Below are positions 22,931 to 36,619 of a stretch of DNA of 41,238 nt, in pieces. The position numbers and the translations under genes were made by a program. The DNA comes from Atractiella rhizophila (Eukaryota): contig MU271217.1 of the NCBI GenBank assembly GCA_021432655.1, positions 19,930 to 61,167 on the forward strand, given 5' to 3'. Every line of letters begins with the position of its first letter. Position 1 is the first letter of the stretch. The notes below the pieces were generated by a model, which saw only the letters and a list, made by a program, of their open reading frames with translations, made no database searches and was not told the origin of the DNA.

Positions 22931-23157
22931 GATGAGTTCAAGGTTCAGTAAGGATTGTTAGGATTTCACAGATTGGCCAGAGATCGTGCAACTACAACTC
23001 CTTTCCACTCTAACACTATCCGGTAATTCTTCCCCGCGACTAAGGTTGGCTCCGGTTAGAGCGGCTATTACCCGGCATTCGCTCCACTGGCAGAAAAATA
23101 TAACTTATCGCTTTGCTTTCGCTTGATCCACCTCACGACACAGCACGAACCGTGAAC

Positions 23158-24410
23158 ATGGCGTCTGGGGCCGCTTCTTCCTCAACGCCCCCAACCGGCA
23201 CCTTGTATGCTTTTCCAGAGCCTGTCGATTTGCACACCGAAGACGGGTCATTCCCGTCAAAAGGCTATCTGTTCCACAAGAGGGAGCTGCCAATAAAAGT
23301 TCGTTGTTCCTCTTTTAATTTTATTGCAAAGAATACTTACCAACCATTCCACTCCTAACAAGAACGTCATCGTCATTGCCCCGGCCTCAGGTGTTCCAGC
23401 ACGCTTCTACTTCGACTTTGCGACGTATGTAATAACTTCGTTCTCTAACGAACACTCGAAATATTGACAACATGTGCTTTGCATTGAAGGTACCTCGCTT
23501 CATACGGCCATCCCACCTTCGTCTTCTCCTTCCGATACATCGGCGACTCCTTCCCACCGGGCGTCAACCTCAAATCGAAAAGCGCACGCGTCGAGGCTCT
23601 CAAAGCTGCACCTGAAGTCGACATCGTCCATCAGTGGGCTAACGACGCGAAAGCGGCGAGCGATTTTGTCTATGGACGGTTCAGGGGTGAGGAACTGGTG
23701 TGGCTAGGACACAGCAACGGGGGTACGATATTGTCTCTTCCAATTCATGTTCACTCACTCCCGTAATGTGGTATTCGAAAGGGAACGTATTCACGATCCT
23801 CCCCGCGATATATTGGTCTCGCTTCTCCCGCGCACTCTTCGTCAGTTGCTGGAACCCGAGCTGCCGCTTCATGTCCGCTCGACACGATCCGACCACTTCG
23901 TTACCTCCTGAGACGCTTGAAGAGGCGACTGCACGCGTTGGAGGGATATTGGATTGGTGTCGCGCGCTCGGTTACCTGCCTGGACCCGAGCTCACCGTCG
24001 GGGAGGAGATGACGCTTGGTGTGGCGGAGGATTGGTGGGGAGGGATGTTGACGGAAGATTACATCTGGTCGAAGGCTGGATTGCCGGATGCTATTTCTGG
24101 TTATTCTGTTCCTACCATGACGGTGGTGTACACGGACGATACCTTTCTCGGTTCTATTGAGCCTATAAGGAAGGGGCAGATGCCTCATCTCCCTTTTGCG
24201 AGGATGTACGGCCGGTATGTGAACCCGGAGAAGATGGGATGGGGAGAGGTGGGACATATGAATTCGTTTAGAAAGAAGGGACGTGGAAGGACAGGAGAGG
24301 GTGGATTGTGGGAGTTTTATAGGATGTGGCTGGCGGAGGGCAAGATTAGAGAGAGAGTGGCAGAAGTAGAGTGGTACCATGGTCCTCCAGAGATCAAGCC
24401 GAAGTTGTAG
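23158..24410 (+). CDS. Alpha/beta hydrolase (COG4757-like), 4 exons
   Basis: VIAPASGVPARFYFDFAT|YLASYG...FSFRYIGDS; nucleophile elbow GHSNGG; YTDD; GWGEVGHMNSF (candidate catalytic His). Confidence 0.85.
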
Positions 24411-24520
24411 TTCTGCCGCAACCAAATATGAAGAATCGCTTGCAGTTTGCAAGCGAGATTGTACTCGACTATGGTACAAGTTCCGTCATCGCTTATGAGA
24501 GGTACGTCTCCTTTGGAGAC

Positions 24521-26873
24521 TTATGTGGACTTCATATCAAGGTCTGTCCACCAACTTTGAGAGAATGCGGATGTCAGAAGTACAACAGACGCACCTTCCA
24601 GATCTTTTGAGTCTCTCATCTTAGCATCATCAGCCGCAGGTGATCCCTCGTGTTCATTCTCCATCCTGTCTGCCTCCTCCTCTCCCCTTCGTTCCTGCCC
24701 AACCTGAGCATTCGCGCGCTTCTCCCTCGTCCACAGCCACTGGGTCACACCGGCAATGATACTGAGAGAGAAGTTAATCAGTACATCAGAGGCGACAAGG
24801 ATGGCAGCGCACAGGGAAACGACTGCGATAGGAATCGTGACTATCATCCCTTTGTGATACTTCGGTGCTGAGGTTACAGGCCAGAAGATAAGAATCCACC
24901 AAGCTGTCACAGCGTTGCTCCACATGTTCTATTTCACGTCAATTCTACATTAGACTTTTGTGTTGTCTAACATAGACGAGGCAATGGACTAACCATAGAG
25001 AATAGAGTAACTGAGCGAATAGCAGTTAGTAACCATTAAGAGAAGAGAGGTGGAGGACACACAAGCGCGCTCTTGATCCGTTCGACAAACCTCGTTCGCC
25101 CTTCAAATCATTCTTTCAGTTTCTTCTTTGCTTTCATAAAGAGAGGGCGAATAAATACCAAGCGAAATTGCTGCCCTGTCCCGCATATCCAATCCCTCCC
25201 AAATCTACCGCCTCGTCTCAGCTCCCCCACACTGAACAACACAAAGAATAAAGCGTACAAAATGCAGTGAACTCTGTCCAAGACAACCATCAGCATCAGC
25301 ATCACATTCTCGGACGAGGAATGGTGAAGGATGAGGACGAACTGAGCCAGAGGGGTATATCCCAGACAAGCAAGAGGATGGAAGTAAAGACCAAGCTGAC
25401 GCTCATGAAGATGTTGACCTTCCACCTCTTCCCCCACAGGTCGGTCCCTATTCCACAGAGGATGGTGGTGAAGATGGCGACGGCTGTCAATCCGAGAGCA
25501 TAGTAGGAATTCTTAGACACAGAATACTATATCGCACACCACGCATCATGCACAAATAAACGGTCAGCAAAGAGCATGCATGAGAGAGAGGGAGAGAGGG
25601 AGGAAGACTCACGAGACCCGTGCTCTTAAGCCAAATGGGCATGATTCCATTCACTCCATACGCCTCCAACTGACTCGTGAACACGAAGAGGAGGGAGAAA
25701 CAAATATACCTCCACCCAAAGAATATCCTCCTCAACTCTCCCAATTCGAACTTGGAGTGCGGACGCGGAGGGATGCGGGAGACGGCCAGTTCGCGCTCTT
25801 CGGTGGTGAGCCAGAAGTTTCTGGTCTTTGCTGGCGTGTTGGGGAAGACTGAGAATCCGTAGAGGGCTGTCCATTCATCCATCCATCTGACTATGAGTTT
25901 TTCTTGTTAATTTGGAGGGAAGAGGACGAACCGATGGTCATGGCGATGACGCCGTCGACGATGAACGTCCACCTCCACCCGCTCCTTCCGTCTCTCCCAT
26001 TCAGACCGTCGTATATCGCGCCTTGCAGGATGCCAGAGAAGAGACTGCCCATCTGCGCTGAACAAGCAAACAAACCGCTTCCTGTCGTCCCCATCAGCAA
26101 CATCCAAAGCCATGACGGACACTGGAATAGTTTTGAAGGCAGAGAGGGACACACGTTTGCCTAGTTCAGTGTCCAAGTACCAGCTTCCGAGGAGGTAGTG
26201 TGAACCTGAGAAGGTGGAGGACTCGACGAGGGCTTGCAGGAACCTATGTTGGAACAAGTGTTGGAACGAATGGTTTGCTGTCTTGGTGGGAGAAAGGGAA
26301 GGGAGGGAAGGCGTACCGGACGGCATATACTTGCTCCACGGTGTGCACGGCAGAGAGACAACAGGACATGGCACCCCACAACCTATCATCCGAGTCAGAC
26401 AACCTTTTTTCTCAAGCTGAGCCAGTTTGAAACGTACAGGCACATCGTGGGGAAGTAGTATCTGTTCGACATCAGCTATATCACCACAGAGGTATTAACA
26501 GGAAGGAGAAAGAGAAGCGCACCTCGGTGGAAGGTACTGAACCGCGAAACTATGAGGGATCTGTCCGACTGTATAACCGACCGTGAAGACGGTATTGGCG
26601 AGAGTGAAGTCGTTCCCCTTGAACCCTACCTCCTCCTTCATTCCAGAGACGTAGGCGAAGGAGAGGTTTGTCCTGTTCAGGTAGTTTGACCAGTACACTT
26701 CATGCGTCCACGCAATTTTCTCAATTTTTCAATTCTTGACGAGGAAAGAAGGACAGACTGAGGCAGAGGAAGGAGAGGACGAAAAAGTCCACTTTAAACA
26801 ACAGTTTCTTCTCCGCATGTGAGGCTGGGGAGGCGCCTAGAAGAAGGTCGCGCGCTTTGGACAGGAATGCCAT
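24521..26873 (-). CDS. MFS transporter, ACS/allantoate-pantothenate (Fen2/Liz1-like) family, multi-exon
   Basis: EKKLLFKVDFFVLS; NYLNRTNLSFAYVSGMKE; RFLQALVESSTFSGSHYLLGSWY..ELGKR; GLNGRDGRSGWRWTFIVDG; FPNTP...FWLTTEER; APKYHKG. Confidence 0.92.
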
Positions 26874-27318
26874 GGTCGTAATCGTATACGTATACGCCTG
26901 GCTGACACTTCCTGGCTAAAGGAGAACGTCAATGGAGAAAGAGTTTGAAAATGTGGGCTGACAGTTCTATAAAGAATCCAATGCCTTATCAGCAGCAGCC
27001 TTCTTAGCGTCCAGCTTAATATGTTACAGCTTTATCTATCTCCCGAGGCCCCACTCTGGTGGTTGCTCTTGCGACTGCTGGACGGCTATACCTCCAAAAG
27101 AAGAACGCCGCCGATCAATCGCTCCGACAGAACAACTGTATTTTACCGCATTCGACGCACGGAGTTGTCAAATTCTGAAATTGTTTTGATTTTGATCTGA
27201 TAATCGCATAAGCACCATTCCTTCCTTATCCACCTCGACCACATCCTCCATCCTCTCCTCCTTCAGGAGAACCATCTACGCCACCCGTCCATACTTCACT
27301 GGCATCAAGCTCAGAGCA

Positions 27319-29597
27319 ATGGCCACCGCACCTGTCTTGCCCGACAGGTTTGCAAGCGTCGCAAGGGATTTTAGGAGTATGTCTTCTTCTCGCAATTCTA
27401 TACCTTTCAAATTTACTGTGAATTGATGTATTATCATCGACCCAATATCACATTACTTCCGTTGCTCGCCCGAGATGAGATGGGCGAGCACTTGATTTAT
27501 TTCTATTTTACTTCGAGTCACTGGAAGTCGTAGCAGTCTTAGAGGCAGAAATTCCTCTCCTGCTCCCGAAGGCAAAGATTGTGTCTCAATGGAGCAGGTG
27601 GCAATAATAGCTTTGCACCAAATCGACGTAATAGTTTACAAGATCAATATATTCATCCATTGTGCTTACCTACTTGACCATTCTCGTACTCTAGAGGATT
27701 CTACCTGTTAGCTGCGAAACTCGAATTGTCCACATGCTTCCTAAGAATGCCAGAATTTTTCTATTTCTCAACGTTGTGCATTGCAAGAAAATTCCATGCC
27801 AGAGGCAATACAAGGAGATTACAAAAGAATAGCGTCGATAGTGCGTTATCAATCGTTGCTCGGACAAGAGGGTCGTTCAACAAGTTTACTGTTTTCGACG
27901 TTCCAACAATACCATTCCTTCATCCTGTTTGTAGGGCTAACTGACATTCTCTCTCAAAACGAAAACTCAAAAAGGCGACACCATAACCGCCCCTCTCGAC
28001 TCTTGGTTCACCCTCATGTCCCAATCCACGCGAGGTGACGACGTGTACGAAGACGATGGGACAACCAGCGCGCTACAGAAGAGGGTGGCTGAGCTGACGG
28101 GGAAGGAGGACGCGTTGTTCTTGGTCAGTGGAACCATGTCTAATCAGGTCGCACTCAGGACTTGGCTGAATCAACCGCCTGTATGTCCCTTCCTTTCTCG
28201 CTTTTCCCCCTTTCTCCAAACTTTTCTTTTCCTCTATTTTGAACCGTCTGGATGGAGTTAATGGTCTCTCATCTAGCATTCGGTCCTGTTGGATTCTAGG
28301 GCTCACGTTTATGTTAATGAAGGTGCGCGATTCTGATCCCTCCCCAGCATTCCCACTTCGCCCCACCGACCATCCGATCAGTCTTTATGGACCCGAATAA
28401 GCATTAACATTGAACGAATCTAGCCGGAGGATTAGCCGCCATCTCTCAAGCTCAAGCGACCCCTCTCATCCCTTCCAACCTCCACCACCTGACCTGGGAC
28501 GACGACATCGCCCCCGCCTTGATCCATGGTTTGTGTCCCTCCCTGACTTACTCGCCCTGTTGGGGAAAAGAGAAGCTGAGAACGTAAATGTGAGCAGGAA
28601 CTAACATTCACACGTGCCCGACCCGCGTCGTCTCGCTCGAGAACACCCTGAATGGAATGGTATTTCCGCAGGACGAAATCGTCAGGATCAGAAGGGAGCT
28701 GGATGCGATCAATGAGGAGAGGAAGAGGAAGGAGAGCGACGAGTGTCAGATCGTCTTGCATTGCGATGGCGCAAGGATCATCGAGGTCGCTGCTAAGGTT
28801 GGTACTTTTCTGCTCCTCTCTCTACCTCTATCAATACCTGTCTCTCATCGATATTGGCGTGTAGACGGGCAAGAGCCTTAAAGAGCTCTGTGAGCCTTTC
28901 GACTCTGTCTCCATATGTTTCTCCAAAGGCCTCGGCGCACCAATCGGATCGTAAGCCTCTTCCTCTCAAACAAACGGCACCTTTGCTCAGCCAGGAGAAA
29001 AACAGAGTGCTCGTGGGTCCCAAACGCTTCATCACCCGTGCGCGGTGGTTCCGAAAAATGGTCGGCGGGGGAATCAGACAATGTGGACCGCTCACCGCCC
29101 TCCTCTCCAACTCCCTCGACGAGGTCGTCCCGCACCTTCCTCGCGTGCACGCCCTCGCTCATTTCCTCGCTTCACGGCTCTCCCAGTTGGGCGTCACCCT
29201 CTTGTTGCCCGTCGAGACCAACATGGTGTTCATTGACACTTCCCCACTTGGTTTTTCTGTCTTTGACCTCCAAAACAGAGCCAAGGAACTTAAACGACCT
29301 GTCATCCTTAGAGGAGGAAGGGTCGTGCTTCATTGGCAGATCTCGGATGAGGCGGTGGCCGATGTCGTAGCGTTGGTGAAGACGATGAAGGCTGAGAAAC
29401 TAGAAGGTCATGCTTCGAATGGAGTCAACGGTGTCAATGGGGTCGATGGATTAACGGAGAAGGAGGTTAAGAACAGGAGGTTCCTTGATGGAGATTGGAC
29501 TGCTATGGCGGATAACCAAAAGCAGAAGAAGGAGCTGCCACATGTCGAGAAGGCGACGATCAAGGATTTGAAGAAAGATCCTTACACTTCAGTATAA
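27319..29597 (+). CDS. GLY1: Low-specificity L-threonine aldolase (PLP-dependent), multi-exon
   Basis: DFRS|DTIT; GDDVY; GKEDALFLVSGTMSNQVAL; SLENTLNG; HCDGARI; DSVSICFSKGLGAPIGS (PLP lysine); RKMVGGGIRQ; VETNMVF. Confidence 0.93.
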
Positions 29598-30488
29598 CAT
29601 GTAGACATTCATCATCTGATGAAGAAGAAATGGATATAGACCTGGATTGTAGAACTTACAAAGTTAAACCTCATGTGTTTGCTCGCATCCATGTCAATGG
29701 TCAATGGAACGGGTTCAAGGTCGGAAGAGCTGAAGTAAGAACACAAGTGATTTGCATAGGACTATACACCTTTGACTTCAGGCAATATACGGCATGGGGA
29801 GAGTTCAAGCTTCCACTTTAACAGGTCCAACAAGGCAAAGCAAGCAGAAAATTCAACCAATCAGACTCAATCAGATCGTCAAGGCGCAATCCCAAAAACC
29901 AACGGATGGGAAGAGACAGTGTTTGAAAGGCAAGAGGAGCTATGGGGACATTGAAGGGAACGGATTACAAAGGTGTATCAACTACTTGTTTTCGCTTGAC
30001 AGTCAAAACGAATTTCAAAGTTGTTATCCTGATGGAACCAGGGTGGTAGAAATCGCGCCGTGGATGAGACTGATTGATTGAATTGGAAGAGGAGAGGAGT
30101 TGTGATACCCGATTGATGGACGGATGGATGAACGGAGGAGAGAAAATCCGAAGCCCAACGAAACAGAAAAAAGATGAGTTTTGAAAACAATCCAGAATCC
30201 AAACAGGAAAGGAGGAAGGGGAGAGGAGAAATATCAGATGACGAAGTATCGTCCATCCGTCACATCACGATTTGTCAGACCTTGGACGCCAGAGATGAAA
30301 AGCAACCGAGTCGCCTTACCATAAACATGATGCAGCAGACTTGGATGTAGACAGTAAGAGTAGTGCAAAAGAGCATCTCGACGCGACAACAGTTAGCCAG
30401 GCAGGCTATCCGCTCCCTCCATTCCCACTAGATCCAATGCTCACGTTAGTGAACAGGACCTTGATGAGAATAATGGAGTTGAATCGGC

Positions 30489-32196
30489 CTACGCTATCCT
30501 CTTCTTGCTCTTCGCCATCTCCTTCTTCAACGCCGCTCCATCCAACGGTTTCAACAGCTCGAATGCGCATAGCAGATCTTCTGAAACCGACATCACGGCT
30601 CCGAAGTTGTCGAACTCGCCACAGTAGTTCGGTGCGCTGAAGATGGTCACCAGCGTTCTTTCGTTCCAGAACTCGTATCCTGCAACACCGCATGCATCAA
30701 CGTCGATAAATATTTGGGAAGGAAACAGAGCTCACCATCTTCAACAACCATGTGTGCTCGGCAGATGAGGTCAAAGTCGTACCTCTGCAGGAACTCTCCA
30801 ATCACAATCTTGCCAAAGCAATAGCTGACTCCTCTCTCATTGTCCTCCCAATCATACGCCGTATCGGACGGATCGCTCCACAGCAAATCGTTGAGCAGAC
30901 CATAATCAGGCACGTCTGTGGGACGGCCGATCCGCCTGATGTCGTCCATGGAGGAGAGGGAGGGTGAGAGGCCACCGTGCACGCAGAAGATCTTGGAGGC
31001 GACGATGGCGCAGATGGGGAGAGTGTTGAAGACGTCTATGAACGCTTTCCAGATCTTGAGGTTACACCGACGCTTACATTCGTCGTAGAACCCATACACT
31101 CGAGTCACGTTTGCGCATTCGTGGTTTCCCCCTTTACACCCAGCATCAACTCTCAATGTCCATGTGAAAAGTGATGGTGAAAGTACGTACGGAGCAGGAA
31201 GAAGTTCTCCGGATACTTGATCTTGTAGCAGAGGAGGAGAAGGATGGTCTCCAAACTCATTTTCCCTCTATCGACATAGTCGCCAAGGAAGAGGTAATTG
31301 CTCTCCGGCGGCCATCCGCACATCTCGAACAACCTGACCAAGTCAGCGTATTGGCCATGCACATCCCCCACAATCTTTACCGGTGGGCTCAATTCGAGCA
31401 GGGTGGGTTGAGAGAGGAGGACCTCCCGACTTGCGGAGCAGATGGCGAGGATCTCTGAGTTCTTGAGGGGCGGAGATTTGGATGTAGACTTGAGGAGGGA
31501 GGATGAAGAACTGAGCGAAGTGGAGTTGGAGAGCGTGGTGAGAGAAGTGTTGAGTAACCGAGTGATGAGGGAATCGATGTCGAAACTTTGTGGGCCAGTA
31601 CCCGCACTGTCATCGGTACCCTTTCTGCCTCCAGTTGGCCCAGCACCACTACCATTGCCCATTCCACTCTCCTTGGTCTCCGTCCTCCCCAACTTCTTCG
31701 CCCCACCTCTCGCCCCGCCTTCGTCCAAAACCTGGGGTAGGGGATTCGATAGAATGGTCGTGGTAGTGGGTATATCAGGCTGTCTACCGCTCCCTTGCGA
31801 GCTTGGTAAAGAATGCTGAGACGCCGAAGGAGTTCCAGTCGATGCTCCACTCGGAGCGCCGCCAGTCGTACCCGTCGATGTGGTCGTCGTCGTGCTCTGA
31901 CTGCCGCTCCGCCCCTCAGGAGGAGGGGAACCTCCGGTCCTTGTGCGTTTTGAGGACTTGGAGGATGTGGAAGCGCCTTTGTCTTTGCCGTTTGAGGCGG
32001 AGGGAGCGAAGTTGGTGCTGGAGTTGTTGGGCTGGGAATAGGAGGTCGCAGCATGGGTGGTGTCGGCTGAATCGTCACCGACTGGGGCTTGAGCGGATCC
32101 ACCATTAATGAAGTCGTCGACGGTAGCAGTGTTCTTCTTCGCCTGCTTCTCCTTCTTGGAAGAAGAGGACATGGCGGAACGGAGAGACTTCAACAT
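30489..32196 (-). CDS. PPZ1: PP1-related Ser/Thr protein phosphatase, PPZ type, with long S/T/G-rich N-terminus
   Basis: [84 protein letters not shown]. Stop at 30489-30491. The start codon choice is uncertain. Confidence 0.88.
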
Positions 32197-35100
32197 CTCG
32201 TCTCTTCTCTCTTGCTGACAGGAACGATAGGGAGATGGCCGATGTCGTCTTCCCACCCAACAATCCAATTAACACCACTTCCCAAGTGTAACACACAACA
32301 GAAAATAATAAACGCACAATCTAAGCTCAAAGCCAACAAGCAATTGTTGCTCAAGTCCCAATCTTGTTCGTTAGCGACTGTCAGGACCTTCCAACACCAA
32401 TCTAACCTTTTGATGGCGGAATTCGTAAGCGGTCAGTTTCTGTAACGCAACGAGGGAGCTTAAGTGCTGGAATGCTGGCTGGTATGGATCAGGTGCTGTA
32501 TTGGTTCGTGGCGGTTCTGTTCTCGCTGGCGTGCGGAAGCCGTAGTGCGCCTTGGCTTGATGAGCGTTGATGACAAAGCTGAGAGGCTTCCAAGTCACGC
32601 GAGCTCAAGCACGAGCCAGCTCAATGAATGAGTTCAAAGCGTTCAGAATTTAATAAAGCGGACAGAATTCTAACTATCGACGTCTTATCATAATCATTGC
32701 ATTTATCACTGCATCCCGAGCTCTCAATCCACAACATTCGACATTGAACCACCGAAACTACCGTGTCGACAATTGTCTGAGTCTTCGATATCCTGTTGCT
32801 CCAGTTGCTCTAATCGCTCTCGTTTGAATGAGTCGTCTGCACCGTGGACGTGGCTACGTCTTATGAACGTAGGGACGCGGATTGAAACCATCTCCCTGCT
32901 GCAAAAAAAACAAGTTAGCTCCTCGCACGTTTCTGAATAGCCGACAGCAAAGTCAAAGTAGAATCAGTTCTGGCCTTATTCCGAGGTCATCAACATCCAC
33001 CCTCGCTCATGATATCCAGAACGCAGGCTGATCCGAAGATAGGCGGTTTTGAAAACCGTAGAGACGTTCTGGGTGGACTAGGCATCCATTCATTCCATCG
33101 TGGATCATCCTATTCTAGCGAGACAATGGAAATTAACAACTCACCTGTATATTACGCTTTGAGCCCAATCCGGGATCAGTCATCTTGCTCTATGCCTTGG
33201 AGGTCCACTCGTAATGCGCGATGCAATGCTATCCTGGTTCATGGCAAGCAATTGATGGAAAGAGCGAAACAAATACTCTTTCTAACCCAATTTGAAATAT
33301 TCAGAATCCGCAATGGACCTTTCATTCTCCACCTGAGAATAAGAAAAGGAAGCTTTCGAAACCTTCACCAAGTACGCGCCTTTCTAAATGGGGGAAATTT
33401 GGTAATGCAAATGTGTTCCCACACGCATCCTGCTCAGAGGGACACTTAGACGTATCCCCATGAAGGCAAAACACAGAACGGTGAAACCAAGACGTTTGTC
33501 TCGCAAGGTGAGAGACATTCAACTTGTGTTGTTCAAAAATCAATGAATAAACATATAAAGCAACCTCGTTCTTCCAACCTAACCAGCATCGTGATGAAGA
33601 AAGGCACGGCGCACCAAACGTTCAGCTGCTTTAGTTGTAAAAGCGGAGCATTGACTGGAATAGAAACAATTTCTCGCAAACCGTTCTCCCTGCAGCCCGC
33701 TTTGGACAGGACTGAGTACGATATTGGCAAAGGAGGTGCACTGTTGACGCTGGGGCATATTGGTCCAGGAGAAAATGATGGCCACGTGACCGAGAGTGCG
33801 AGACCTAAACACAAGGAGTAGCTCTAGAACACGCTGGAAGGGTAATTTTCGAGTAAATAGAGTACTTCGAAAATAAAGGGAAGCAAAGGTGTCAGATTTT
33901 GGGTAGCGTGTTCCCTGGTCCGGTTACTGACCGGCAATCCCGACCCCAAAAACCCAAAACAACGACGATTACGATTGCTGCTCGACTTGAACTGTGCGAC
34001 ATGGTGCCTCCCGCTTCGATAGTCCATGGAGGACAGCATACGAGTTTGAGCAAGCTCATGCTCTCGGCGCTTTCTGCGGTCGCGCAAACTAAGCCGAGGA
34101 CGATTGGGATTGCCGGAGAGCGGGAAGGAGAGGGGAGGAGGAGGGCTAGTGTGGCTGTTAGTGAGTCTTCATTGCCGTTTAGGAGAGATGTGGTGGTCTA
34201 TGCTCTTGCGCGAAGAGGTTGAGCGAATTACTTGCTTCCTGCGCTACAAGACTGTTGTTGGCATCTGAGTAACCTACCCGCGGACTGTTTATGCACCTCC
34301 CTGGCTGACATCTTTGTGACGATATTCACGAAATCTTTTGTGTTCGTGTCGGCCTTTAACACAGCATTACCTTGGCCCGTATGAATCCAAGAACCCAAAC
34401 AGTAAAGGACGAGTTATTGTTCTGCGAACCCAACGTCTTTAGTCTTATTCTCTGTTTTGCAAGGTTCATGCTTGAAAAGGGGAGGAAAGCTTTTCTGTGA
34501 TAAGCTTGATTCAGTGACGGCTTCGAGCTGCTTCCTGTAACGTGCTGTGAGCATCATGTGCCTTGCAATGCCGTGCACATGCCACATAAGTTAGGAGGCT
34601 TGAGCACCATCACAGCGACAGAAGGATGCAGAACGACTATCTTTTCTGCTGCTTTCTTCAATTACTCTAATGAGAATTTGGCATGAAAATGCAGGGGCCC
34701 ATCCAATGATTCTCTCAATCCAGCCTATCAACAACTGCTAACTATCCATTATCAGTCGTTCGAATACGGCCTTCGAGCCCTCCACCATCGCCCACTGTTT
34801 CGACCTTCTATGCTACACCGTCTGGCACGACCTCACGGTCACGGAGAGAGAGCTGGTCGCCATCTCGACGACCCGTACACCTTGATCCCAACCTACATCC
34901 CTCTATTGGCGACGCCACACATCTTTTAGCTCCCAGTGCATCTTCTTCGAGCCTCCGGTCATCCGTTGAGGAACCATTGACAGATAGACTCCAAAAGTTC
35001 TTTGAACAGGATTGGGTGAAGAATGGGACACCAGAGATTATGTATATCAAAAGAGCAACAAGGTCTGCCCGTTTTGTTGTTCCCTCCGACTGCGACCAAT

Positions 35101-35572
35101 GTTTGTTGTGTTTGGTGGACGATAGGTCGAGCGATAGATGGTCTTCACACCTCGTAGGTCTTCAATTCAATACCGAACGAAAGCTGACCCTGGGCGAGTA
35201 GGCATTTCCTGGTCAGTTTTTCCCCATCGCAATTAGCAAATTCTGACTCTATGAGATAGGTGGACGTCAGGTATGAGTCTATCGTCTGTCGAAAGAGCAA
35301 ATGCCAAACTGTGCTTAACAGGAACCTGATGATGAGTCTCCTATGTATACTGTCCGTCACCACCACCCCTTTTAGTTGTCAGCCAATTGACTGTCTTTTA
35401 GGCCATGCGCGAAACTTGGGAAGAAGGTATTTAACTAACCATTCCCCTACCCACTCCTGGCTGATGAGAGTCTATTTGCGAAGTTGGCATCGACCTTGCG
35501 GAGAGAGAATTTCTTCACATCGGCGGCCTAGACGACCGAGAGATCACGACGAGTCTAGGGAAGAGGTTGCTC

Positions 35573-36619
35573 ATGGTTCTCAGCCCTTTTGGTTCGAAGC
35601 TTTTCATCCCTGCCCTACTTGTTGCTAACGTCCACGCTGCCAGTCTTCCTCCAAACGTCGCCGGAGTCCCCCCATCCCGATCTTCAACCTTCGGAAGTGG
35701 CATCTGCTCATTGGATACCCATCAACTTCCTCACTGGGCCAGACGTAAAATGGGGCGATGTCGTCGTAGATATCAGCTCGAGGTATTGCAGTCTGCTCGC
35801 ACGGTCATATAATTTTTCTGAACGGATTGATAGGCTAGCACCTAAGTCTCCCTTTGCGAGAAGCTTGTTGAAGTGGGTTGTAGGCTCCATGAAGTTCAAG
35901 TGAGCATTACGTTCCATTCTGATAGCTGCTGCCTATAATTGTGAGACGAAGCTGATGATACCGTAGAGCCATTCTCCTTCCGAATAATCCCATTGTATCC
36001 GACCACCCTTCACATTCACAGCGAGGAGATCTAGAGCTCAAGCTTTGGGGTCTCACACTCGGCATGACTTTGGATCTGTTCTTCGCAAACGGAATGTACC
36101 ATAATCTCTCCCCAGCTACATACCCCTTCTATATCTCTGCCCCCTCCTCACAGAATGAATACGACTACGAGAAGGTTCATATGCGCACCCTCCCACCGAT
36201 TATGGAGGCGAGCATGACGAGCATATTCCCGAAATTTTCACATCCTGATGTGAACGCATTGATCTGGCTCTTTGGCTGGAGGTATCGAAGGTTTGTTCTA
36301 CACCTTTCCGTCCCACCAGGCGTCAGGATTGTTGATCCAATTCGGTGACAATAGTTTGGTTCGGTCTTGGAGCATACGCATGAAAGCCGACCGCGAAGAA
36401 AAGATCAAAAGGTCACACTCTCAAGACAGAATTGAGAGCGCGGTGGCTGTAACGGGAGACAGTCGCGTCAATTGGGCAGGCATGGCATTGGGCAGCTTTT
36501 ACTCATCCGTCCGCAAGGCTCTCATTGCAGCTATTGTACTGCGTTCAACAGTGATACTCGGCGGCTTTGCAACGGTGATTTGGTGGATCAAGAGGAGGAA
36601 GCAGAGGAGACTGGCGTAG
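35573..36619 (+). pseudogene. Hypothetical secreted/type-I membrane protein with frame disruptions
   Basis: Signal-like KLFIPALLVANVHA-A; intron at ~35900-35966; C-terminal hydrophobic segment followed by KRRKQRR. The pieces lie in different frames. Confidence 0.4.

Noticed and set aside
23901..24479. 192-aa antisense ORF, and the 238-aa alternative-frame ORF at 31389-32105
   Set aside because: Shadow frames of well-supported genes, with no recognisable motifs.
27440..27620. TPP riboswitch in the long intron
   Set aside because: Only loose ATGAGA/CTTGAT resemblance. The CTGAGA and following conserved core are absent, and the gene is not thiamine-related.
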